From NCBI GenBank assembly GCA_028534125.1, contig CM052817.1, positions 35,962,001 through 36,026,000 of the forward strand: DNA of 64,000 nt, given 5' to 3'. Positions 28,776 to 42,649 of this stretch are shown piece by piece (position 1 is the first letter of the stretch; every line of letters begins with the position of its first letter). This stretch comes from Lama glama. Its lineage: Eukaryota. The notes beneath the pieces were generated by a model that worked only from the letters and a program-made list of their open reading frames with translations, had not been told where the DNA came from and did no database searches. The translations under genes and the position numbers were made by a program.

Positions 28776-29599
28776 TAATTACAAAACATAACAAGGGCCC
28801 TCAATTGAAAAACAAGGTGCTGAATTAGAGAATACCAAAGAGAAATTCTGGATGATAATTTTCTAGTAGGTTAGAAGTTTGGATTCTATTTCAATGACTG
28901 CATTATTTTGTTTTGCATATATTAGAGGCAAGCCAATGGTGCTTAATTCAATGTAACATTTCTGATTAACTTTATAAGCATTTTTTTTCTTTGTAGTCCA
29001 TTGGAAGAAGCACTAATGTGATTCCTTTTAACATAGAAAACCGGAAGTCAGGATAGACTAAAACTAATGAATATTGTAACAATATCAGGGATTCAACTTT
29101 AGTTGAACCTATGTCCTATATAATTAATAATAAAGTTGATAATAAATTAGAAAAATGAAATAAATAGCTTTTTGTTGGGCATATTAAGATACAGCCCAGC
29201 ATCTAAGCAGAAGGATTAATCATATTCCCCCTAATGCTGTAATCCTTTGATTATAGCAGGGAAAAAGGCCAGATGTGAGAGGAACAGGTGAAAAACTTCA
29301 CTTTTGTTTTGTTTGGTGCCAATGCCTAACACAAAATGCCCAACTCATAGTAGGCCTTCAGTGTGTATTTGTTGAATGAATGAATATGAAGGATAAATTT
29401 GTTTCTAGTATTCAGGGTAAAGGAGGGAGGGGATGGAGCCCACAACATTTTAATGTTTATTTCGAGAAAAACAATTACCCAGAATTAACCTAAACTATAC
29501 TAATACTCTAGGTCATTCAAATTTAATAAATAGGAGTACAGTATGGAAACCATCTTATTTGTCCAAAAGTATACAGAAATTTTAAAATTTAATTTCAAA

Positions 29600-30140
29600 A
29601 AAATTAAAAATAGAGCTGTCATATGATCCAGCAATCCTATTTCCTGGGTATTTATCTAACAGAACTGAAAGCAGGGTATCAGAGAAAGATTTGCACACCC
29701 ATGTCTAGAGCATTATTCACAACAGCCAAGAGGGAAACAACACGTGTCTGTTCATGGTATGCGGTATATATATAAAGGGAATATGTATGGTTCAGCCTTA
29801 TAAAGGAAGGGAATCCTGTCACAAACTTCAGCATGAACTTGGAGGACATCATGCTAAGAGAAACAGGCTAATCACAGAAAGACAAGTGCTGTATGATTCT
29901 GCTATTATGAGGTGTCTATTTAAATTCATGGAAGCGACAGGTGGAGTGGTGGCGGCCAGGGGCTCGGTAGGGAGGAGGAGGAGTGTTACTGTTTAATGGC
30001 TATAGAAGTGAAGTTGCACAGGATGAGTGTTCTGGAGAACTGCTTCGCAAGGATGGAAATACACTTAACACACCCAAACCATTTTTGAGTGTAGTGTTAA
30101 GATGGTAAATTTTATGTGACGTGGGTTTTTTACCACATTT
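29600..30140 (+). mobile_element. Old L1 3' end (L1MB-like), sense to FAM13A
   Basis: catatgatccagcaatcctatttcctgggtattta...gcattattcacaacagccaagag...gatggtaaattttatgtg. Confidence 0.85.
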
Positions 30141-30654
30141 TTTAAAGGTCTTTACATAGGTTAGTTTTGCCTGTATTCAGCTTCCTTTTGGGTGTTTTAG
30201 GTAGGCACAACATTTGAACATTTTTTTCTTCTTTCATAGTGTTCTAAGTGGATTGCTGTTTACTTTCCATTCTGCCCCGATATCTGACCTTTATAGTACA
30301 GAGAAGGACATTCTGTTTGAGAGAGAAATCCACTGTCTGTTGTTGATAGAGGGATCACCTTGTGATTCATGGATAATCCAAGATATCTCTCCTTTTTATG
30401 ATTCTCCCTCAGTGAAAGGCACTGTTTTTCCCACTGAAGGTGAACAGTGACCGATTGCTCATCCCATGGATGAACAGAAATGCTGCAGCTGCTCAGATGA
30501 CAGCATTTATGATGTAAGGCCAGGTCTCATGCACCCCTAGTATTGTCAGCTTAATCACAAAAGGAAGGGAGATGTAGAAGATGCTGAGTTGTCCTATGTG
30601 CACGTTCTCCCTTCATGTCAGAGGAGGCAGTTCGAAAACCAATAACAGTAACCT

Positions 30655-30765
30655 ATAATGAAAAAGAATCTATATTATATACATATAATATACACATAAC
30701 TGAATCACTGTGCTATACATCAGAAACTAACACAGCATTGTAAATCAACTATACTGCAAAAACAT
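30655..30765 (+). mobile_element. Short L1 3' tip
   Basis: ataactgaatcactgtgctatacatcagaaactaacacagcattgtaaatcaactatact, a typical artiodactyl L1 terminus. Confidence 0.75.
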
Positions 30766-31876
30766 TTTTAAAATACTGATACCAGCATGCAAAACATCTT
30801 TGGGATGTACATGTTACTTTTGTGATCTACTGTGCTTACCAGTTGGTGCTCTCTGTGAAAGAGATTCCAGATGAATGGAGTTGTATTAAGTATGTGACCC
30901 AGTCTTGAAGTCGTATGTCAAATGCTACCTCCCCTAGGAGACCTTTCCTGATACTAATTCTTTTTAACCCCTAAACAAACAAACCACCCCCTGAAAACAC
31001 ATCGTTCTTAATTCTTGTGACTATCCTGCACTAGTTTGTACCTTTCTTATGGGAATGTTCCATTAATTATGATACTTACGTACTTTTCTTCCCCTTCACC
31101 TCACTATATAAGCTCCTTTAGGGCAGGGGCTATCTTGCTGTTAATCTTGGTGTTGTCTGAAGCACTTCCCACCAACAAAGAAAACAGTAAGTGCTTAGTA
31201 AATATTTGTTGGCTTGAACTTAGCTGACTGTTTACACATTCATTCAATTAACTGTTCTGGTTATTCTCAGTCATAAGAAAGATATGCGAGCCCCGTCTAT
31301 CACTGCATCCTGTTGCCTAACCTAGGTAGGGAGATTCCAGCTACTTTCATTCCTTGTTGACTGTTCAGGAAGTTTTTGTTTGTGTTGAATGGGAGTCAAA
31401 CCTATTGAGTTTTCTGGCGAACGGAAAGTTGTTTACAGCCTCTCTTCTGCATCGGTTCTGTTGTTCAGTGGGACCTGCCTGAGGAGTGTACCGTACAGCA
31501 AACAGTTTACACTGAACATTCCTTTATTAATTGGCTCACCATCAGGCAACTCATCTACCGCTCGTACCTAGTAAGTAAATGTGGATGCCTGCAAGCTCAT
31601 TAATGCCAGGACGGCGTGTTTCAAATGATACTGGTAGCCTAACATATTATTTATAAGTTTTAGCACCAACTAACGAGGCTGTCTGGTCCCTCGAACATAT
31701 AAACAAGGACCTATGAAATATAATTATGTTTTTATAAAAACTTTTGAAAAGAAGCTCTGGTCGTCTTACTTTTCTATGGAAATTTGCTATCATCCTATGG
31801 AGGTAGAAAGAATACACTCACCTGTCAACATTACTTATTCAGTAGAGGCATATTTGTTTAAGATTAAACATATTGT

Positions 31877-32014
31877 GGAGGGTACAGCTCAGTGGTACAG
31901 TGTGTGCTTAACATGCACAAGGTCCTGGGTTCAATCCCCAGAAACTCCATTTAAAAATTAATAAATTACATAAAAATTATGTCCCCTCCAAAATAAATAA
32001 ATAAAATTTTAGAA
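31877..32014 (+). mobile_element. tRNA-derived camelid-type SINE (vic-1-like) with TSD
   Basis: A box cagctcagtgg, B box gggttcaatccc, A-rich tail; TSD aagattaaacatattgt (31860-31876) / aagattaaatataatgt (32015-32031), 15/17 identical. Confidence 0.9.
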
Positions 32015-34518
32015 AAGATTAAATATAATGTACAGTGAAACTTTGGTATAAAATTAATTTTCAGGACTATCAGGGAACTGATTTTAATTTAGTTGACCTA
32101 AGAGTTAAATATCTTCCCAAAGAGTCACCTCCAGGAATGCCATGTGCTATTCACAGGTAGAAGAGGCTTTCTTCACATAGTATGTCTTGGGTTTACCTTT
32201 TCATAGTAATTATTTATGTAAAGTATATAGTTTGATGATTCATAATGCCTTTTTACTAATGAAAATTGTTTTTCTAGAGGTAACACTGAGGTGAAATGAT
32301 CTCACCCCGAAGTTTTCAGATGAAACTGCTGGAGTGTTAGTAACCTCTCTCTGGGTGGCCAACCTGTTGCTGTGGAATAAGGGAACATCTTATTAAATGT
32401 GGTTTGTTTGGTCTGGGTGAGGTCATGATACTGTTATCAGACGGCTAAGCTTCACAGAAGCATACACTCTCATCACTTTTAAATGTTTTTAACATTATTC
32501 CATTAAAATGATACTCCCTCCTTGTTAAGTAACTAAAATAATACCAAAAAGCATAAAATGAAAAAGTAAAAGTTACCCAGTGACCCATTGCTCCTCACAT
32601 TTTCCTGAACATCCTTTTAGAAATCTCTACTCAGAAATTTAAATGCATTTTACATGAAAGACTCTTCATACTTGCTATTTTATTACTAGGTTTATCATCT
32701 AAATAACATGCCATGAACATTTTTCTATGTCAGCAAACATTAGTTTATGCCAGTTGTAAGAGTTTTTATAGTATTCCTCTATGCTTTATAATTTGCTTTA
32801 TTCTCTCTTGAAGAATATTTAGTTGGTTGTCAGTTTTAGAATAGTGTCCCCTCACCATTTCAGTGGCCAGAAAGGTCGGTTACTCCAAGTGAATGGTGCG
32901 CATCCCAGAAATATTTCACTGACTTCTAGTTAGGTCATAATATTAAAATCTACATAGTTTTTAAATGACTGTTTCATGGTTGACACATATATAGACATAT
33001 ATATATAAATGTACATACACACACATGCCTATATACTCTGAAACAGTAACAATTCCTTGTTGATACAACCTAGTAACCCCTTGTTCCCACCACTCTAGAG
33101 CCTCCCCGCAGCAGCTGACTCCTTACTCAGATTGTGTTTAAACTCCCTGATCTTGGAAACTCTGACTCCCTGTGTTTCTCCTACCTCTTTTCTTTTCGTT
33201 CTGGAAAATTATGCAAATGCTGAATTCTTCCTCTGATTCATCCATTTTCACAGAACAAGAATTGGTTTGTTCTCCTTTAGAAAACCCTTTGTCATACAAA
33301 TGCTTGCTCAGAATCTTAGTATCTCTCATCCCATCCTCCCCTCTGCTGACTCTTACCAGCCACCTCCTCTGCCTGCCTCTGACTTCTGTCTGCCTCCTCT
33401 ATCCCCCCCTTTCTTTAATGTCCTCTTCCCACCCTGCCCGCTACTTTCCATGATTTGATAAAACATCTACTATGTGTAAGAGAAAAAGATTCCGTAAATT
33501 CTGCAGTAGAATTAAGCAGCATCAAAATAAAAAGCTATTTTTATAGCCCTTCAAATGGACCGAATCCATTTGAATTAGTCCTTCAAGGACCCATATTTGA
33601 GATACATTCAATACTTGATTTATCATATATTCACTTATTCATATGTCCTCCACTGCCCACCCCCATACACTAAAAGTAAGTTCCACAAAGGCAGTAACTT
33701 GTTTTGATGTTTCCCCATTCTTGGCTGATGTAGGTACTACTCGTTAAATGAATGAGTGAATTTTAGGTAAAACATAACTTACTACTCTTTCGTTTTTAAA
33801 ATGCGTGTTTTGTTTTAAAGTTTTCATTCCAGATATAGTTTTCTTTAGAGGGGATTTTTTCCATTTCAAATGTATGGTGCTTCAAAACTTTTGGGGGTTA
33901 TTTTGGTTGCTCAGGGCAAACTTGGAGTTAAATCACCATTTAGTCATTGTGTTAATCAGAAAGTGTATTCTGAGTTCTAAACCTGACTTAAAATGAACTT
34001 TGGAATCCAGCCGTAAGGGAGGGGGGCCTCCTTAAAGAAGTGTTAATAATTAGTACAGATGTAATTTTTCTGCTACTGAATGAGGCAGTTCATCAATTTC
34101 TGTAAGAAGTACAGTGTTGTTGAATTTTCCTCTCACTAGCATTTGTGTTTTTTTAATTAGTAACCATTCCTTGTGCTACAACTTCCACAAAACTTTTGCT
34201 TTGCAAATGTAAATTGTTAACGTGTGTGTTCAGTAATAATCCTGTAAATTTTTTCAGGAAACAGTTTGCAAGAGGCAATGCCTACACATAGAAAGAAACT
34301 CTGAGTTTGGGTTGTAGTCTAAAAAGGGAATTGAGAAAGCCATGTTGAAAAAATTTCAGAAAATCAACTGATAGTATTAGAGAAAGGTCTGGCTAGGCAA
34401 CTGATTAAAGAATAAGATGATATATCAAGATGAGTATTCTGCTTTTAAAGTTTAAACTAATAATCATGATAAAGAAGTTACTGTTAAAGAAAATAAAATT
34501 TAAAAGGGTACTGGGAGT

Positions 34519-34714
34519 GGGGAGGCTATAGCTTAATTGGTAGAGTGCATGCTTAGTATACATGAGGTCCTGGGTTCAATCCCCAGTACCTCCTCTAAAA
34601 ACAAATAAACCTAATTACCTCCCCTCCCCCACCAAAATTAAATAACTAAATAATACAATGATAAATAAAATAAAAAAGATATTTATTAAATAAGTAAATA
34701 AATAAATAAAAATA
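34519..34714 (+). mobile_element. tRNA-derived camelid-type SINE (vic-1-like) with TSD
   Basis: ggggaggctatagcttaattggtagagtgcatgcttag...gaggtcctgggttcaatccccagtacctcc, long (TAAA)-type tail; TSD aaaagggtactggg (34502-34515) / aaaagggtattggg (34715-34728). Confidence 0.9.
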
Positions 34715-35524
34715 AAAAGGGTATTGGGGACACCGCTATAGGTTTCTTCGTACCTGTTGTTTCCTTCCTTCCTTTCTCTTCTCTTCATGAGAGTGCTCAG
34801 TGAGTCATTGTAATACTTCTGTTGTAGGAAAAAAAAAATTCAGTTTATCGTTTTACTCTTTTGTGTGTTTGCTCGTCCTTTGAAGCAGATGATATTGAGG
34901 GAGCAGACCCAAGGGATTGTTTCTGATTATTTGGGCAGGCTGGCTTATATCCCTTTGGTTTTCTCTGTCTGTTGTTTCATAGTTGAATATAATCATCTTT
35001 TTTTTTTTTTAATCTCTTCAGTTACACTTTTCAGAATTAGGATAAAAATTATTAAGCTGTCTTTTTCACTGAAAAATCAAATAGGCCTTGGGATGTTGAA
35101 GATTGCATTGTTTATTTAAAAAAAAATGTAAACAAGCGAACAAGAGAGAGGCAGGGAGGCAATAACTGATAGCTTATTTTCCTGCAGGATTTCCTACAGC
35201 ATTTTCATTTATGTAATGCAGAGAGATGGGAGATTGCTCTTGTCTTAGTGTATTTCCATGCACGTGAATTGCCAATCACTTTGAATTTGAACTGGCTGCC
35301 CCTGGAACTCTGGGGAGTGAGATGTGTTTCTAAAACCCCAGAATCCTTTCTTTCTGAGTGTCCAGTGTATTTTGAGAAGACTTTTCAGAGCTGTCCCAGG
35401 GCCTTCTTGCTGTGGGCCTGGCCGCTTCACCTGTACACAGTAGGGGTAAAAACGTGATGCTCAAGCAAGAAGGTACTCCTGCCAGGGCTGGGATTTGGTT
35501 TTAAACCTGCCTAGAGGAGTGACT

Positions 35525-35984
35525 GCAGTGGGCAAAAGAACTGGCCCGCAAAGATGTCCATATGCTAATCCTGGAACCTGTGAATGTGTCACTTCATATG
35601 GGGAAAGAGACTTTGCAGAGGTGATTAAGAAAAAGACCTTAAAATGCGAAGACTTGCCTGGGTTGTCCGAGTGGGCCCAGTTCTGCCACAGAGGCCCTTA
35701 GAAGAGGGAGGTAGAGGGTCAGAGAAAGAGATGTCCTGACGGAGGGCGAAGTCAGAGGAGTGCAAGAACCATCAGCTGAGGGATGCGGGTGGCCTCTGAA
35801 AGCTAGACAGGAGAGGAAACTGCGTCCACCCTGTAAGGAATGCAGCCCTGGCGACAACTTGATTTTAGCCCAGTGAGACCCATTTTGGACTTACGGCCTC
35901 CAGAACTGGAAGATAGTGAATTTGTGTTGTTTTAAACCACTAAGTTTGTGATAATTTGTTAGTAGCAACAGGAAACTAATATAC
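35525..35984 (+). mobile_element. MaLR solo LTR (MLT1D-like)
   Basis: ggcccgcaaagatgtccatatgctaatcctggaacctgtgaatgtgtcac...ggcctccagaactggaagatag...caacaggaaactaatatac. Confidence 0.9.
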
Positions 35985-37704
35985 TTAGCTTAGGTAAGTT
36001 ACTTAAACTTTAAACCTGTGTTTCTTCATCTTTTTTTTTTTTAAACAGCCTTATTGAGGTATATTTTTATGTCACAAAATTCAATTTCAGTGTACAATTG
36101 AATGATTCTTAGTAACTTTGCTGAGTGGTATAGCTGTCACCAAATCAGTTTTGGAACATTTTTTTTAACTCTTCCAGTTACAGCTCCCATGCCCACTTTA
36201 CAGTTAACCCAGTCTCCAGGCAACCACTAACCTTTTTTCATTTTGCATAGTGTTCCTTTATGTCTAAAAGAGGTTCTCACAATACCCTCCTCCTAGGATT
36301 GTTGTGAGGGTTAAATCAGTGAATTCAAAGTGTTTTGCATAGTGTCCAACACAAAGTAAGGGTTCAGTAAATGTTCTTTCTCTAGTATTACTATTACTTA
36401 TTCTTTTTGTTACTTTATTCAGGTTCCTGAACAAGTTCACAAAAATATATTTTAACACACAGTTTTAACACACAGTACTACTGTCGTGTCACTCTTCTAG
36501 TCGTATTTTTCTCGTGAGGAAAGTAAATCTTTACTTGATTGATTTTAATTGATTTAAATTGATTTTGGGGGAGTGGCATAAGAACCTAAACATCTTGCTT
36601 ACTTTTTTTCCTTATGAGAGAATATGTTCTGTATTCTAGGTGACTGACTTAAAACCCAAATTTTTAGGGCACAGTTGTTTACTACTTGGGTACTGCCTGT
36701 ATTCTGATTGATTATATTTGCATTCTGAACTTACTTGGAAATTCGGAGATCTTTTACCTGGTGCTCTGCTGCCACCCAAACTGACAGGGAATAGAAAGGC
36801 TAAGCAGCTTCCAATCATAAGAAAATCTTTGTGGAAGTTACTGATCTCTGAGGGGGTATTGAAAGACGCCCTTTGGAGTTTCTTTAATTTTGACTGGCAG
36901 TGATATCCTGATGTTAGAATCAAAGTAAGAGCCAGAGAAGAAGAAAATGGTAGCGGTCGGAAGAACAAATAACAACTATTATTCTTGGAGTTGTCATAGG
37001 ACTTTGAACATACTTCTATTTTGCAACCCCGTCATCTTTTGCATAGTTGTTAAGCCTATTGACATTTCCTTTTTCCTGACTCCTCCCCTTGACCCCACTT
37101 GTAAACTTCTTTAGGGCAGGAATCTGATTTATCCATCTTAGAAGTGTCAGTGACATGCTTAGCTGATACTTTGGTTGGTGGATGGATGAATGGTTGGATT
37201 TATGGATAAATAGCTGATAGTTCAGTGCTTAGAAAAGTGCTTTAATGCTTCTCAGACAACAGCATTTTCCAGTGCTCCTCTGGTCTGCCCTAAAGAAACA
37301 GGTAAAGGGAGTTCATGATATTGAATCAGTTTTCATTTTTGCTACTGATAAAGTGTTTAGCTTTTCTAAAAATTTATAAAATGCCCTTTGGCTGAAGAAT
37401 ACAGAAATACATGGTACCTCATAAGGTTTTGTGTGTTAGACAAATTAAGTTGCCTTATTTTGGGTTCTCTCAAGATCCACTTTGGCTTAGCTGTAGCTAG
37501 ACCAACTAAACTCAAGAAGTCTAACTTTTTTCTTTAAGTTTTTAAAGAAGTAGACAGCCTCACTAAATGTGTCATGTCTGAACATTTTGTCTCATTTTAG
37601 TTGGGTAAAGGTGGACTTCAGAATCTGTGTGTTGTTCTTATTCTTTCTTGTCCTGCTGTTTAAATGCTTAGTTGCTGTTTAACACTTCTGTATAAAAAGA
37701 GGCA

Positions 37705-38140
37705 AGGCACAGTAGCCAAGAGGTGGAAACCACCCAGATATCCATTGATGGATGAATGGATAAATAAAATATGGCATATTCATACAAGGGTTATTCAGCC
37801 TTAGAAAGGAAGGCTGTTATGTCAATTTTGACAACATGGGTGAAGCTGAAGTTCATTATACTAAGTGAAACAAGCCCACAAAAAGACATTACCCTTATAT
37901 GAGGCATTTCAAGTAGTCAAATTTCTGTTCATAGAGATAGAAAGTAGAATGTTGGTTGCCAGGGGCTGGAGGGAACAAAAAAGGGAAGTTGATGTTTAGT
38001 GGCTGTAGAGTTTTGCGTGGTGAAAACGTTTTGGAGACCTGTTTGACAGTAATGTGCATATACTTACACTGAACCTCCACACTTAAAAATGGTTAAGATA
38101 GTAAATCTTAGGTTATATGTGTTTACCACAATAAGAAAAA
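37705..38140 (+). mobile_element. Old L1 3' end (L1MB-like)
   Basis: agccaagaggtggaaaccacccagatatccattgatggatgaatggataaataaaatatgg...cacttaaaaatggttaagatag. Confidence 0.85.
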
Positions 38141-38859
38141 AGAGAAGTGAAGAGCTGAAATCTGAGTCAAGTTTGCTACTTGAATGAAGAAACTTTTCTG
38201 AAGTATTCCATGGGCTGCGATTTAGAATTAAACACAGGTATCTATTCATAGCACGAAATAAAGCACGAGTATGATTATTTTTTCCTTTACACCTTCACCA
38301 TGTTTTAACTAAGATTCATGAGACTCGTGCCACTTTATAGCTAGACCGCTGCCAGATACGATGAAGCTGGGCATGGTATCAAAACAGTTTCTTTCAAACT
38401 CTTATAAAGATGATTTTCAGACTGAGATGTTTTCTAGTTTTGATAACCACTGTTAGGCACTCCTCCTAGGACCTGAAAATGGATTGATACTACAGCAATG
38501 AAGGATTCATGTTTTCCCTTTACTTTTGGTAACAGTACAGAATGAGCTCTTGGTAAAGACCGTGTGTTTCTTGGTATTTATTACCCTGAAGGCCTTGTCA
38601 GTGTTTCTTTAGCCTGTTTGGAAGCATTCCATTGTTCCATCTCAAGCATTATTTAGATCAAAGATGACTAGTTTTGCCTATAACTTGCTGATTTGGGGAG
38701 TGTTTCTTCCTTTTGGAGATGAAATGTGTCATAAATGCTATTCTGATTCTGACATAAGAACATTGGGTATATTCTTTATATTTTATACTATACACTACAA
38801 GCATATGATACATTGATGTACAAAGAAGAAATTCACTTCATTTTTGTATCATTAACCTT

Positions 38860-39135
38860 ATTTTTTCCCAGCTTTATTGGTATATAATTGGCATATAGAA
38901 TTTATAAACTTGAAGTATACAATGTGTTGATTTGATGTGTTGCAAAATGATCACTACCATAGTGTTAGTTAACACCTCCATCATGTCACATAATTACCAT
39001 TTCATTTTTGTGGTGAAAAAAATTTAAGATCTGCTTTCTTAGTGACTTTCAAGTATATAATACAGTATTTTTAACTATAATCACCATGCTGTACAACACA
39101 TCCCCGGAATGTATTCCTCTTATAACTGAAAGTGG
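38860..39135 (-). mobile_element. L1 3' end (L1MA9-like)
   Basis: cagctttattggtatataattggc...ttagttaacacctccatcatgtcacataattacc...aactataatcaccatgctgtaca. Confidence 0.8.
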
Positions 39136-41803
39136 AAAGTAAATTTTTAATTAAATTTAAAAGGAACTATAAAGATAATTTCTGCTTCTAAGAGTATGTA
39201 CATTTTTGGTTCTTAGTATATGTAGGAATAGGCTCTGTTGGAGATTTGAGATAATTTAGATAGACTCCTTGCCCTTAAGATATTTAGAGTTATATGGAAA
39301 GAAATACCTTCACAGTAAATTATGACACAAAACAGACACTTAGAAATACTATCATACGAGATTAAGTGCATTCTGTGAGAATAAGGAAGAAGCAGTTAAT
39401 ATGTTGGAGGTTGGGATGGGGCACAACTTAGTTGAACTTCGGAAGATAAATAGATTTTACCAAGTGATGAAGGAGAGGAAAGACTTTCCAGGAAACAACG
39501 TGCATCAGGAGTAGAAGCTCTGAGGTTGCAAATCTATTGTTATGTCACCAGACCCTGAAGTGCAGGGGAGAAAATGGTGGGGAAAAAAGTGACTTGAGGC
39601 ATTCAAACTGGTAATAATCTGATCCTAATCACTTTTGGTGGGTATAAAATTTATCACCAAGCTCAGGACTAAGGGTGATATTCCCTTCTAACAATGACTG
39701 AGAAGTTTCTCTAGGTAAGGCCTTGAAATTAATCCTTTAAATGAAACATTAGATATTTAAAATGAGAAGTTGTCCTAAAGTTGAGTTTCTAGAAAATCCC
39801 TATGTTAATGTTGGTAGAACTCATGTACATGCAGTCACCTCCCTTGTATTCAGTCACCTTAAAGTCATCAAGAATCTACACTCACCACACCTCATCAGTG
39901 TATTTCTTCAGAAAACTAAAATTACAGAAATGGGAGGGATCCACGATATTGTTCAGGACAAAACTCAGATTTTGAAAATGAGGTTTCCAGAGAGGTTCAG
40001 TGCCTGGGTGACAAGTGCAAAGGGCAGAAGCTGCACGGGAGCACGATTGCTCTGGCTCTGAGCATGCGGCTCCTCCCGGTCTACACCAGCAGATGAACCT
40101 CTGTATGTGAGCCCCACCCCCCTCTGTGTGTCTTTTCTTGTCATGTTGTAGCTGTTCTATGTAATGCAGGTTGTCTGAAATGCCGTAGATACACTCTGAC
40201 TGCTTCTGGATCTTACAGTTTAGCAAGAGCTGAATAGAGTTCTTAACCCATCACTGTTAATCTGCTGCTTTGACACCAGCCACACCCTTGTATAAGAATG
40301 GTAGTCCTGGAAAATTTATCTCTGGTTTTAAATTGGGGCCCTCTTCTTCACCCAAAATCTGTTAGATTCTTTCTCGCTGTGACCTTCTCAGACAGACAGT
40401 ATATATCTTTGAGACAGTGACCCTTAAATCTTTCAATTCTGGTTGTGGTTTGGAAAAATCCCATTTACCCCTTTACCTTTACCTCAGTATTCTTGCCTCT
40501 ACACTATGGACAGCTTTTCTCTAAGATACTTGAGGAGATATTTTGTTGTAATATGACATGGAAATTTTTTGAGAGCTCTTGAAAAAGACAATAATAATTT
40601 CCTAATCTTAAGTATATCAACTTTTATCTGAGTTTTATCATTGGAAGTTTAAAAATAACTATCCTTAAAGATTAACAATCAGTTACTACTTTTTCACTAT
40701 TTTGTTTGAAACTGTGTATCTAAAATAGTTTTAAACATGTCTAGTTATCCAGTATAAATGTTTGAAAACTTATTTATCCACCCATATGATTGGTAACTCA
40801 ATGTCAAACATCTGGATATTTTAAAATATCTAAACAAGTCATGCAAAATTTTCCAATTTATCAAAAACATTGATTAACTTTTTAATTGAAGTATAGTCAG
40901 TTTACAATGTTGTGTCAATTTCTGGTGTACAGCATAATGTTTCAGTCATACATATACACACATATATTTCTTTTCATATTCATTTTCATTATAGATCACT
41001 ACAAGATATTGAATATCGTTACCTGTGCTATATAGTATAAATTTGCTGTTTATTTTATTTATTTATTTTTATTTTAACATTTTTTATTGAGTAATAGTCA
41101 TTTTACAATGTTGTCAAATTCTAGTGTAATAATTTTTCAGTTATATATGAACATATATTCATTGTCATTTTTTTTCGCTATGGGCTACCACAAGATATTG
41201 TTTATATTTCCCTGTGCTATACACTATAATCTTGTTTATCTATTCTGCATTTTAAAATCCCAGTCTGTCCCTTCCCAACCCCAACCCACTTGGCAACCAC
41301 AAGTTTGTATTGTATGTCTATGAGTCTATTTCTGTTTTGTATTTATGTTTTGTTTTGTTTTTAGATTCCTCACATGAGTGATATCATATGGTATTTTTCT
41401 TTCTCTTTCTGGCTTACTGCACTTAGAATGGCATTCTCCAGGAACATCCATGTTGCTGCAAATGGCGTTATGTTGTCGGGTTTTATGGCTGAATAGTATT
41501 CCATCATATAAATATACCACATCTTCTTTACTCAGTCCTCTGCTGATGGACATTTAAGCTGTTTCCATGCCTTGGCTATTGTAAATAGTGCTGCTATGAA
41601 CATTGGGGTGCAGGTGTCATTTTGAAGTAGGATTCCTTCTGGATTTATGCCCAGGAGCGGGATTCCTGGGTCATATGGTAAGTCTATTCCTAGTCTTTTG
41701 AGGAATCTCCATACTGTTTTCCACAATGGCTTTCCTTGCTTCCCTCTCCCACTCTTAATGATTTAGATGTCTTCTTTTGCAATTTTGTATTTATTCTTTT
41801 TGT

Positions 41804-41903
41804 NNNNNNNNNNNNNNNNNNNNNNNNNNNNNNNNNNNNNNNNNNNNNNNNNNNNNNNNNNNNNNNNNNNNNNNNNNNNNNNNNNNNNNNNNNNNNNNNN
41901 NNN
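41804..41903. other. Assembly gap (100 N)
   Basis: Run of N. Confidence 0.99.
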
Positions 41904-42649
41904 ATCCTAGGCTGCATCTTTTTTTCATTCAGGACTTTGAATATATCTTGCCACTCCCTTCTGGCCTGTAGTGTTTGTGTAGAGAAATCAGTTGAGAGCC
42001 TTATAGGGGTTCCCTTGTAACTCACTCTTTGATTTTCTCTTGCTGCCTTTAGGATCATTTCTTTATCCTTGACTCTGGCCATCTTGATTATAATATGTCT
42101 TGGTGTGGGTCTGTTTGGGTTGTTCCTGTTTGGGACCCTCTGAGCCTCCTGTACTTGGGTATCTGATTCCTTTAGGTTTGGGAAGTTTTCAGTCATTTCT
42201 TCAAATACCTTTTCAATTCCCTTTGTTCTTTCTTCCCCTTCTGGAACCCCTATTATGCATAGATTGGCATGCTTTATATTATCCCATAGGTCCCTTATAT
42301 TGTTTTCATTGTTTTTTATTTGTTTTTCTTTCAGCTGTTCTGATTGGGTGCTTTCTGTTGTCCTGTCTTCTAGGTCACTTATTCATTCCTCTGCATTATG
42401 TACAGCCTTTAGGTCAGCTCTCATCTCAGCAAATGAGTTTACTAATTCTACTTGGTTCTTTATAGCTTCTGTTTCATTTTTGACATATTTTATATCTCTA
42501 AACACTATTTCTTTCAGTTCCTTCAGTACTTTGATCACTCCTTTTTTGAAATCTTGATCTAGTAGGCCATCGATGTCTATTTTCTTGATCGTGCTTTCAG
42601 GGGATTTCTCTTGATCTTTTAATTGGGAGTGGTTCCTCTGCTTCTTCAT
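41904..42649 (-). pseudogene. L1 ORF1p (coiled coil, RRM, start of CTD) with one in-frame stop; runs into the N gap
   Basis: MKKQRNHSQLKDQEKSPE...NAEE*ISDLEDR...LWDNIKHANLCIIGVPEGEE...ENFPNL...EAQRVP...TPRHIIIKM...YKGTPIRLSTDFSTQTLQARREW is in one frame; the only stop seen is TGA at 42383-42385. Confidence 0.9.

Noticed and set aside
31877..31950. tRNA gene (also ~34519-34592)
   Set aside because: The tRNA-like head is followed by a SINE body, A-rich tail and TSD, so it is a SINE.
36451..36477. 13-bp tandem duplication tttaacacacagt, and a similar short duplication near 50553-50592
   Set aside because: Ordinary slippage events; no array structure.
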